This document shows positions 23,961 to 36,300 of a stretch of 64,000 bases of DNA, piece after piece. Every line of letters begins with the position of its first letter. Positions within the stretch are counted from its first letter, which is position 1. The notes below the pieces were generated by a model. That model made no database searches. It was given only the letters and a program-made list of their open reading frames with translations, and had not been told where the DNA came from. Both the position numbers and the translations under genes were made by a program. The DNA is from Amphiscolops sp. MND2022. Lineage: Eukaryota. Location of the stretch: contig OZ076410.1 in assembly GCA_964187785.1 (NCBI GenBank), positions 73,346,001-73,410,000 on the forward strand, given 5' to 3'.

Positions 23961-25198
23961 CTATGGCAATATCATTATATTTGAATCATGGTGATTTTCA
24001 CAACCTTCGACCCATAGACAATCAATCATCCATGATGATTTTCCTTGCATTCGAATCATGAGTGATCATCCATGACCATGATAATGGTAAAAACCCATGA
24101 TTCAGCCACGAAGATTCATGTCAAAGACTTAAATGTTTTGTTAATCGTGGAAGTTTTTATCAAGTATGTGATAATTTATGCAGTTCAGCAAAAATCAATC
24201 GGGGGCATTCGAATGGAACATTTCATGGTAATGAAAATTTTTTCAAAGAAAATATGTAAACAGAAATTGGAAATTAAATCTACGAAGCTTTCACATGCAA
24301 ATATTTTTTTGTAAATACATTCATAATGTTTTAGGTAGGTATCATAACATAATTATAAATTTTGTACATTGTATCAAACCGTTGCTCACTTTTAAAGCTT
24401 GAACTACAGTTGACTTCGCGTAATTGCACACCCGATAATTTACGAGAAGGGTGTGCAATTAGGAAGAGTGTGAAATTATGTGAAGTAAATCAGATACATG
24501 CAATGACTTGAAAATTGTGGGCAATTAGGCAGAGTGTGCAATTACACGGGGCGTGCGTCTAACAAGCAGACCAATCAAATCGCATAAAAGTAACATTCGT
24601 GGTAATGAGCAGACTCGATTCCTATTGGTTGAAGTTTCAGAATAGGACTAAATAATTGCGTAAGGTTAGCAGCTATAAAGCTATTATTATAACGTCAGCT
24701 ATGTTCACATTCCCCCTAAATACAGTGCGTAGTGTACTAGTGCCCTAAATACAGGAGCGAAACGGAGCGACGTGCCATATGGCCATGCCTCAATGCTGCT
24801 ATTTGGTGAACGGAGCAAAGCGGCCGAGCCATACTATTCAAATAAATCAAGTTCCATACATATTGGCTGTAACAGCACTCATTTCATTGATTTGCAATTC
24901 CAACTTCTGATTGATAAAACAATTAACGTTTGATTAAAGTTTCTTCTTCTTGAGTAGTCGGTTCATTAGACGGTCTACTTTTATTACACGATAAGAGTAT
25001 CGCGAGAGTATCATTTTTGTGAGTAGAGAGATATGTTTGCTCAAAACTAAACGCTGTTTTCTGGAGTGATTCCTTCAAATAGACTAATTTTGTTTCTCGA
25101 GTTCATATCAGAGTGGCGCTGGTTCATCGAGCTGCTGAGTACTGTATCTCCATCAGTATATCTTGATTTCTTTCTAGCTCCAATCGATATGATGATTA

Positions 25199-26400
25199 CC
25201 CGGGTCGACCCTCCATGGATATCTTAGTAAGATCTTGGCAAGATCTTGGAAAAATCTTAGCTAAGACCGTGACAAGATGGTAAAATATCATGGTAAGATC
25301 TTATCAAGACAGTCATGTTTCCAAGAAAAATCTTACTAAGAAGCCCAATATGGCAAGAAAAGTCCTACTAAGAAGCCGAATATGGGAAGAAAAAATTTGT
25401 TCCGAACTGCTTGATATCGAGAAAACGTAGAATCAGAAAAGCATTAAATTAAAAGTTATGCAAAAAATTCTGGATATTACTCAAAACAAAATTACTGGAT
25501 AATCTTTACAACCACTACAAACCAGAACGACGATATTTTCTCAATTTCATACTGAAAACCCCTGAAAAAACCTTGTACCTCGGTTTTCTTTTCACAGGAA
25601 TAAGATCTAAAGCCACTGGAATAAGGTCTAAAATTCTCCAGAACGACGATATTTTCTCAATTTCATAATGAAAAGCCCTGAAAAAACCTAGTACTCCGGT
25701 TTTCATTTCACAGGAATAAGATCTAAAGCCACTGGAATAAGGACTAAAATCGCAGGAACAAGATCTAAAACCACTGAATTGAGAACTGAATCCATCGAAT
25801 GTCGTTTTGTGGAATTTTACATCTGATGCTGCTGGGAATATACATGGAATAAGATTCAAAATTCCCCAAAATGTCATTTTCTCCAATTTTCATATAGAAA
25901 ACCCCTGAATGGACCAAAAACAATGCACGTCGGTTCTCATTTCAGTGAATTAGGATCTAAAACAACTGAAATCTTTCACCAATTTCACCCCAAAAACCCT
26001 TGAAACTTTCCAAAAAACCTTGTAGGTCGGTTCTCACTCCACCGTTGTAAGATCTAAAACCATTGAAATAAGGTCTAAAATTCCCCAGAACGACAATGAT
26101 TTCTTCGATCTTACTCCAGAGAGTTTGAATCTTTACAGGAAATCAAGGTCCAGGCTGAGAAATCGCGCAAAGACAAAAAGAATTATTAAACGAATGTACT
26201 ACATTTGCGCTAGTAGCTATTTTTAGCACTCTTGATCGAATTTTTTCAATCTTAGTAAGATTCGATCTTGGAATAATGATACATCTTGGTAAGATCTTAA
26301 TAAGAATCTTGCCATGGGATCCATGGTTGCCAAGATGTAGCAAGAATTTGGTAAGATCTTGCCATGACATCCAAGATGCTAGTACGAGGGTCAACCCGGG
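25199..26400. mobile_element. Non-autonomous TIR element with CCC...GGG ends and TA flanks
   Basis: TA|CCCGGGTCGACCC...GGGTCAACCCGGG|TA. Subterminal AAGATCTT arrays at both ends; central degenerate units rich in AATAAGATCTAAA. Confidence 0.7.
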
Positions 26401-26776
26401 TAACAAGTTTGCAGTAAGAAAAAATATCTGCTAAATTGCCAGCATTCCTCAGCAGCAAACCTGGATGATTGAATCTATATTTATAACCTGGTAACCATCT
26501 CCCGTGAGTCCCGCAATTGGAACGTATCTTTGTACAGCAAGTCTTCGTCACTGTGGTAATTCATGGGGGGATCGTCACCGTCCAACTTGGGCAAAGAGTC
26601 CGAAGTGGATGAGCGATCTGTTCTGAATTCTTCGTCAAAAGTGGAGATGGTGATTGTGTTTCGGTCTCCTATAATCAGTGTTTCCTCATGCTAGAACTCC
26701 TCAGTAGAACAGAAATCCAAAAAATAGACATTCCTTACAAACTTCTGTCGATTGTCTCACGTTTAGGACTCGATTT

Positions 26777-27156
26777 GGACCATGTCATCTATTTTCCCCC
26801 ACTGGCAAACTGCAGGGGGGATAAGACAGAAAGTTCAATTACCATTATGTCGACATCGTTTGCGTTGAAATTTTGGTCCAATAAAATAATTGATGTCGAC
26901 ATAATCCTATCCATTACATTGACTGTCAATTAAAAGTTGCTCATTAGATTTTATAGCGGACAAAATTTGCGCTGAAATAGGGGCCTTTTTATACAATTTC
27001 AGCTTGTTCCAAACGTGAATTTCTGCCGTTTTGGACAATGATATCAAAAAATTATGGTTATTTTTTAACCTGAAGTGTCCAAACAGTTGTAGAGACAATC
27101 CTTCAAGTATATACATTCATATAATATCTGGAGGGGGGAATAGATGACATGGTACC
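26777..27156. mobile_element. MITE-like element (about 380 bp)
   Basis: TIR of about 24 bp: GGACCATGTCATCTATTTTCCCCC versus GGTACCATGTCATCTATTCCCCCC (reverse complement of the right end). No clear TSD. Confidence 0.5.
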
Positions 27157-27614
27157 TCGAATTATCGTTTATTGCAGATATGCGTTTCTTCCCAGTCCAG
27201 ATGTTTTATTTTCGAAATACAAGATCAGGCCTTTTTTTGCAGTTCAAGTCAGGATAATGTGTTGCCTTGCAAGATTTTGCAAGTTCGATCTGCAAGATTT
27301 TTACAAAAAAAATAGTTCTCGGAGCTCGATGGGGCTCCGCGACTCTCAATGTGATTCTCATTATCAGTCAGGTGATATCTCAACATGAAAATGAGAATAG
27401 AATGAGAAACAAAAATCATAAAACCGTTATGGAATTTCGGATTGTTGTATTGAGTTTTTCGCAAATTTATATATTTATATCTCTACCAAATTAGTTGAAT
27501 TCAATCTTAGCATTGCAATATAAGCCATAGTGAAGTTTTTGAACAAACTGCAGTTTTGCATCAGAGCATCAGATTTTATATTGTCAAGAAAATATATTTG
27601 TCTCATGTGAGAAG

Positions 27615-30600
27615 TGTAATAAGGTGTTGATCCCGGATAAACTCTACAAAACTCAGACTACCGAACAAGTTGTTTACAAACAAACTTGAAAACATAGATT
27701 TATATTTTGTAGACATTAATCGTATAGTTTTGATACGAGATAGAGTTACAAAATACAACTGATATTTTATAGTCTTGTTCTATCTTAACCTAGCTTAGAA
27801 ATACAACACGGCGCAGTCAGCCGATTTTTAACAAAACTTACAACGAACTTTTTATTAATATGGCTGAAAGAAACATAGTACCGAATCTAGAAACAAAAGC
27901 TACGGACGGAAACCCGGTCTACACGCCGAGACAATGGTTAGAAAGATTTCGGCAGTTTTGCAAACGGGAACACAAAATAGATAAAACCCCACTACTGAAA
28001 GGAGAAGAAATACCCCACTGGCCCGGAAAAAAACAAACAATACAAGAAGATTTCAAAAGGGGCGTGGGACCGGAAGCACCCTATCAAATAACCAGGGCCG
28101 AATATATAACCTGATAGCATAAAAATATTGGACTTGATCCAGTTATTCACCGAGTTCTATATGCCGAAACGAAACACTTGCCACAACCGAGGAGATTTCT
28201 TCTGGGCTAAAAGACCGAACATGAGACACCGGAGGAATTCTGGAGACGGCTAATCGAAATTGAAAAAGAGTGTAATTTTAACACGGTCTCGGATGAAGAA
28301 CTGCTAATATCGAAATACATGACAGCAATTACTGATAAAAAATTACGGGACAAAATAATGAAAGAGAAAACCTTGGAAATGAAGAAAATAATCGAACTAA
28401 TCAAACAAACCACGTATGAAAAGAAAAATAAAAAGAAAACGATCCCGGAAGCTCTGACATCAACGAAAGAAAGACACATAATAAAAGAAGAGCCAATACA
28501 AAGAATGGAACGATTCGGAGTGAAACCGAGGAAGAAAAATTTCGGAAACCGACCGCGCAGATTTTGTAGTGCTCCAAAGTGGACACCATTACATAAATGC
28601 CCCGCAACAGAGTAAAATGTAACAAGTGCGGAAAGAAAGGACACTACGGGAAAGCATGCAGACAGAAATTCAACAACAACCGAACAGTGAAAAAACTAAC
28701 CGAAGAAGAAAGGAGTGAACCGAACGATTCATCATGCGAGTCAGACGCAGACATACAACACATAAAAGAAATCAAGAAAATTGAATAAACAAATAAACAC
28801 TACACCGCGACAGTGAAAATCAATGGCATAGCAAAAGAATTTATAATTGACGCCGGATCCCCAATACCAATAATGCCGCCGGACAAACGAATAACGAAAC
28901 CAACTAAAATACAGAAAGTAACAAACCGATACCAAGACGTCAACAAAAAGTAAAATTTCAAGGAAACGTTCCGGTGAAAATAGAGTATGAAAACAACAAA
29001 CAAAAGATGCAAATTCTAATAACCGAAAGAACAGATATTACACCTTTATTAGGTATGGATTGGATGAGAACATTCAAACTCACAATCGGTAGAATACAAT
29101 TGGCCCAGAACAACCAATCGGAAAAAGACAAAATATTCGAAAAATACCGAGACCTATTTGAGAACAACGAAACAATAGAAGACACCGAAATGAAAAGTCA
29201 ACTCAAACCGGGACACTACCCAATCAAGCAAAAAGCAAGACCGGTACCGCTACACCTACAAGAAGACGTCGGAAAGGAATTAGAAAAACTAATTAGTACT
29301 GGACACCTAGAAAAAATCAACGACGTAGACGAAGATTGTATTGTATCACCGGTAGTATTCACAATAAATAGCGATAAATCGGTAAAAATCGCACTTGATT
29401 CACGAACATTTAACGACAGCTGTATCAAAATGAGACCCCATATGCCAAATATGGAAGAACTATTAAAGCAAATCTCGGTAGAAATTAGACCGGACAGCAC
29501 AACTATTTCTATCAAAGATCGACTTGGACTATGCATATGGACAAATGAAGCTGTCAGAAGAAACGAGCCGGCAATGTGTTTTCGCACTAACCGGAGAAAA
29601 CTTTAGTTGATATTACAGATTCAAAAAAAGGTTTTACGGACTTGCCGATATACCCACCATATTTCAAGAAAAATTTGGCCGAACACTCGAATTTTGCACA
29701 CCGGCATGGCTGGACGATATATTTGTAGTAACACGGGGAAGTAAACAAGACCATGAGAAAAAACTCTTTGATGTCCTAAATAAACTGGAGAAAGCCGGAT
29801 ACAGAGCAAGTAAAACGAAATCCGAATTTTTCATGAACGAAACAAAATCGCTCGGACATGAAATAAACGAAAACGGAAGAAAACCGAATGAAGAAAAAGT
29901 GGAAGCCATACTGAATTTGAAAGCACCGGAAAATACGACAGATCTGACATCATTCCTCGGTGCCATACAATACATGGCAAAATTTCTACCGAAATTTTCG
30001 GAACGAGCAGACCGATTGAGAAAACTACTCAAAAAGAATGAACCATGGAAATGGGGACCCGAACAAGGAACGGATTTCAACCGGATAAAACAAATATTAA
30101 CCGAAGGTCCATGCCTAGCACACTACTCAAAGAACAAAGACAATATGGTAACAACCAACGCAAGTAAAACCGGACTCGGAATTACCTTATGGCAAAAACC
30201 AGACAACGGGGACATAAAACCGATCGCGTACGGTAGTAGATATTTGAATGATACCGAAACAAAACTACTAAATCGGTGAATTAGAATTACTAGCAGTAAT
30301 GTGGTGATTGGAAAAAATCCGATTTTACATTTACGGAAAGAAAGTATGTTTATATACACACCACCAAGTATTGGTACCATTGATAAAACTGAACCGATGA
30401 AAGAAACAATACAGCGCAAGATTAACCCGGTGGCTACACCGACTAGCAAATTTCGATATTGCAATACAACATATCGCAGGAAGTAATCTGAAATTCACGG
30501 ACTATCTAAGTAGAAGTCCGGTAAGGGGAGAAAGATAATTACGATGAGGAATACGTAATTGACATACTATCCGAACAAGCGAGTTTAAATTTGAAATACG

Positions 30601-33335
30601 GACAGCTATTCGCCGACCAATCAAATGATAGCAAACATGTAACCGAAACAAATAATGGTACATCGGAAAGCAAAATTGAGCAGCAAAGCAACCAATCACA
30701 GTCGACTAAAACATTCCAGAACAAAAGCGGCGTGAACAAAAGAAACTGAAGTGAGAAAAACACATCTTGGCAGTCCGAAATTAGCGCGTCAAAATCAAAG
30801 TGCAAATTGAAACAGCATTCAAACACCATTCAAAAGAAAAAATTATTAAAGTCAAATCCGGAAAATATCGACATGGACAGAGACAATTTTACCATTGGGC
30901 GCGACTTGAGAAATTATGGACATCATACGCAGATGAAACAAAAGCCCGGAAACCCGCAGACAGGTCGAGCAGAGAAATGCCCTTTCAAAACCGGGAAAAT
31001 TAAGAAGAAGATATGATCCACACACACAACGGACAATCTTCGCACCTGCCCGACCTAACAAACGCATCCGAGAAAGGATAGCAGAGATAGATGCGGAACT
31101 GCTACAGAGAACGAATCGACTGGGGGAAGCTATCAACCTTTGACCGAAGAAACTGAAGAAACCAAAAATCCGGAAGAAGGCGAGCTAGAACCTGAGCAAC
31201 CTGAAACCGAGGAAGACAGTGTCATCATGAGAGGAGACAATCTTCCAATAGTGGATCTGAGTAAATTTAACACGGACGGCAAGGAAGCCCATTATATCCA
31301 AATCAACCATATTGTGGGAAAGTTATCCGGAAACGAGAAGATAACCGAGAACACAATAAAGAAGGCCGAATTTGATTTCATGTTGGACCTGAAAACCCTA
31401 ATTTCAAAGACTGCCATTGACCTCGAACTCTCAAGAGTGAGAGCAAGCATGAGACGGGAAGAGAGAGACACAACACCCGACGGATACAGACCAGTATTCG
31501 ACAAGCTCTCTATACGAGGGGGACTCGTATAAATGGACAATGAAATAGTAGTTCCGGTGGACCTCCGAAGACGACAAATCGATTTTCTACATTTCGTTCA
31601 TGCCGGCATGACGAAGATGACAGCCGAAGCGAAAATCTTCTGGTGGCCGGACATCAACCGGGATATCAAAAACAAGTTCAAAGACTGCATCGCCTGCCTT
31701 GCATCAGGTAAAAACTTACAATATCAAATACCAAATAACCATTACGGAAAGAAATACAAGTCGATTTTACCGGAAAATTACATAATAAACGAATAAACAG
31801 GGACGTCCAAATTTTAGCAAGTGGCCTGCAGTAAAAATTTGCAAAACCGCCGAAACAAAGGAAGTCATAAAATTCCTAACTAATAATTTCAATTTATACG
31901 GAATACCGGAAAAAAATCAAATCAGATAAAGGGGGAACCTTTATATCGAAAGAATACAAAGAATTCTGTAAAAACCGAAACATAGAAATCGAGTATTGTG
32001 CACCCTGATTACATACGGGAAACGGAGTTGTCGAAAGAGCTATATAAACTTAGAAGTTAACCAATTTAGAAGAGGGAACGGATCTTACCGAAAGCGTAAA
32101 CCGAGCACTCCGAGTAATGCGTTTCACAATACATATCGGCTGAAAAAAACACCATTTGAACTGCACCACGGTAGAAAACCGAGAACCGAATTAACTAATA
32201 CAGTTAAAGACGGAAAGACGTATTTATCGGATTGGTCAGAAATATCTATTTCAGCACCAAACAAATCGAAGATCCCAATCTCTGTGGGCCGAGATGTAAA
32301 TTGTGGAATCACTACTCACATGGTCATGGCGAGGACCAAAACCGAGGAAAAACAAGCCAACGAAGGCCCAAAATCACCGAAAAAGAAAAATTCGGTTAGC
32401 TAGCCTTTTAAATTCATAGAGAGAAACCATAACAAAAAATCATTCGAAGGAAGATTTCAAAAAAAGTCAAACCGCAATTGACGGAACTGAAACTACCGTA
32501 AAAACAGATACGGGAAAAATAATACACCAAAATATTATTTCCGGAACACTGTTTCAGAACGAAAGGAAGGGCCGAAAAGTTACGGCAATAACAAATGCCG
32601 AAATCACACCCAAAAACCGCCACTGCCTGAGAGGGTTGGACGGAAAGTACGGCCGATGGGATGAGATACTACGCGACATCCTGAACGGCAAACTAAAAGT
32701 AGTCCAAAATCGGAAGACAAGTGTGTCGGAAACCGAAGGTGAAGAAGATGATGACGATGAAGAAATGCCGGAAGAGACCGGCAACCGTAGCTACGATACA
32801 TCAGAACGGGACGGTCGGTACGAGCCGATACGAACCAATCCCGAAGAAGACGTAATCCAAATCCACACCGACGGCGAAATCCAACAGGGTGAGAATATTG
32901 AAAAAAAACACGGCGATCTAGCCGAATCACAAATAAATCGAATAGATACGGTTGTATACCATACATTGGAAATTTTTGGCGATAAACGATATATATCGTG
33001 TTACAGGTTCGAACTGGATTACTCGAAAGGGAACACCACTACCCATAACGACACATAAGCCAGCCGACTTTATGCCTGATGAGACAACCTCCCACGGAAC
33101 GTCAGCATTCAACTAAAAGAAGCCCGAAGAGAGAGGATGAAATGTAATACGGTGTTGATCCCGGATGAACTCTACAAAACTCAGACTACCGAACAAGTTG
33201 TTTACAAACAATTTTGAAAACATATAATTATATTTTGTAGACATTAATCGTATAGTTTTAATGCGAGATAGAGTTACAAAATACAACTGATCTTTCGTAG
33301 TCTTGTTCTACTTAACCTAGCTTAGAAATACAACA
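27615..33335 (+). mobile_element. Ty3/Gypsy LTR retrotransposon 1, full length, degenerate
   Basis: LTRs 27615-27808 and 33143-33335 (TG...CA; 11 substitutions and 1 indel by eye), TSD AGAAG, PBS-like CGGCGCAGTCAGC, purine tract before the 3' LTR. Contains gag CCHC, PR (IIDAGS), RT (WLDD), RH (VTTNAS) and IN (HHCC and core) in Gypsy order. Confidence 0.92.
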
Positions 33336-33374
33336 AGAAGTATGCATGAAAATACTCAGCTAGAAAATATTACA

Positions 33375-36300
33375 TGGCACAGTCAGCATTCTTAACGAAC
33401 ATTTAATTTTACCGAAACAAAGAAGATGACCCAAGAAACAAGCCAAAATGAAGTACCGAACATCGAAGCCACATCAGACGGGAAAAGAATATTCACACTT
33501 TAACAGTGACTCGAGTGATTCAGACAATATGCAAAGAGAAAACACAAGATAGACATTGCCGAACTAATACGAGGAGCTGACATAACACGAAAAGGTTATG
33601 CCGAAAAAGAATATGAAATACATGAAAGTTTTATATGGGGAATCGGACTCGAAGACTCATATCAAATGACACAGGCAGAGTACAAAACAGAAGCGGACAA
33701 AATAAAAATCAAAGACTTGATCATATTGTTCAGCAACTATTTCTTACCAAAAAGAAACACTTATCACAAACGCGGAGAATTCTTCTGGACCAGGCAGTCA
33801 GAAACCGAGACCTCGGAAGACTTCCGGCGGAGATTGAGAGAAATCGAAAAAGAATGCGCGTTCGAAAAAATAACAGTCGAGGATTTACTCATCTCAAAAT
33901 TCATGACCGTAATCACAGTCACGAAACTCCGAGATAAATTACTTAAAGAAAAAACTGGAACTGAAGAAAACAATCGATATGATCAAACAGAACACCTATG
34001 GAAGACAAAATCGGAAAAACACTATACCGGATGCACTTATCACAAACCTGGGAAAAGAAATAAAAGAAGAACGAATACAAAAAAGGGGAGTTTCGGTACG
34101 AGACCGAAAAATAGAACAACAATTGAAAAACCGTGTGAATTTTGCAACGCACAAAACTGGAACCCCTCACACAAATACCCGGCTTTAGATAAATTATGCA
34201 GTTACTGTGGAAAAAGGACATTTTGCACGAGCATGCAGACAAAAAGAGAACAAAAAACGGAAAATACCCAATGTAACCGAAGAAGAAACAACAAGGATTG
34301 GCAATGAATCCGACCAAGCATATTCAAGCATTTACAGGATTGAGAAGATAAATAGAATTACTGACAAACGAAAACATTTGACGACATCAGTGAAAATGAA
34401 CGGAACCGAAAAGAGCTTTATAGTTGATTCCGGATCACCAGTTCCGATAATGCCGGCAGATGACAACATCGTGAAGAAAACCAAAATTCAAAATTTGAAA
34501 CATCGGTATCAAGACCTAAACAAAAAGGGAGTGAAATTTTGCGGACAAATTCCGGTAGATATTGAATACGAGAACAACAAACAGAATATGCAAATTTTGA
34601 TTACCGAAAAAGATGATATAACACCACTACTCGGAATGGACTGGTTGAATTAGAAACATCCGATTGGACGGAAATAACCAATAAGAAAAGAAACAAGTGA
34701 TCGAACAGTTTCCGGGCCTATTCAAAAGCAGTATTACAATAAAAGATAACGAATTAAACATACAACTCAAATCGGGACACTATCCGGTAAAATCAAAAGC
34801 GAGACTGATACCACTACACCTCCAAGAAGAAGTCGGTAAAGATTTGGAAAAACTAATAAAAAAGGGGCACTTGGAGAAAGTGAAACACGTAGACAAAAAT
34901 TGCTTCCTATCCCCGGTTGTAAGCACGGTAAAAAATGACACAGGTCAATAAAAGATCGCATTGAATTCGAGAAAAATAAATGACATCTGTATAAAAATCA
35001 GACCACACATGTCGAACATGGAGGAACTATTGAATCCATTTTCGATAGAAATCACGAAAGACCGAACAAAGAAATTAATGATTTCGAAAATAGATTTAGA
35101 TTACGCATATGGTCAAATGAAACTGTTAAAAGAAACAAACCGATTTCGCGATAATCGGGGGAATATTCAGTGGATATTATAGATTCGAGAAAGGCTTTTC
35201 CGGATTGGCCGACATTACGACTTTCTTCCAAAAAAAACGACCGAACATTGGAATATTCGACACCGGCCAGGGTAGACGACATAATCGTCGTAACCCGAGG
35301 AAGAAGCCGGGAAGATCACGAGAAGAAACTAGTCGATGTTCTGAAGAAACTAGAAGATAAGGGATACCGGGCAAGCGAAATGAAATACGATTTTTTCCCT
35401 ATAAACTATAATGGCTGGGACACAAAATCGATGAAAACGGTATTCAACTAAATAAAGAAAAAGTGAAGGCAATCATTGATTTGAAACACCCGGTAAATCA
35501 AAAACAATAAAAATTATTCCTAAGAGCAATTCAACATCTTGCTGAATTTCTACCGAGACTATCGAAAAGAACCCAAAGACTACGAAGGTTATTACAGAAG
35601 AAAAACTTCAAATGGAATTGTTGAAAACTACTTCAAAAGCATTTAAAAATTATTAACCGAAGAACCTTGCTTGGCTCTTTTTGCGAAAGACCGGAAAATC
35701 ATCGTGACAACCGACGCAAGTAAAACCAGTCTTGAAATAACATTATGGCAAAAAACAATCGGACGGAGTATATAAACTGATAGCATTCGGTAGCAGATAT
35801 TTGAATGAACGTGAAAAACTACTCGATCGGAGAGCTAGAACTATTAGCCGTAGTATGGGGCTTGGACATATTTCAATTTTACTTATACGGGACGAAACTC
35901 TTTCTTTATACAGACCACCAAGCACTTGAACCGTTGATTAAAAGAACCGGTGCAATTGGCAATACACCGCAAGACTGATAAGATGGTTAGATCGGTTAGC
36001 TCACTTTGATATTGCCATTGAACACATTGCAGAAAGTAAACAGAAAGTTTAAAGTTTATCGAAGTTCTAAGTAGAAATCCGGAGGGAGAAACAACGACCG
36101 AAGACGCGTACGATGAGCAAAACGTAAATAACGTCTTTTCCGAACAAGCCGAATTACACATCAAATACGGCTCACATTTCGCTAACAAATAACAAAACGC
36201 TACCGAAATGTAAAATACGAGCGAAATAAAATCTCACAATCAACCAAATCGCAAAGAAACATTCGAGAAAAACCGAGAGGGGAACAAGAAGCACATGCCA

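Noticed and set aside
24405-24560. Tigger/pogo-like MITE (TACAGTTGACTTCGCG start)
   Set aside because: No matching right-hand TIR found.
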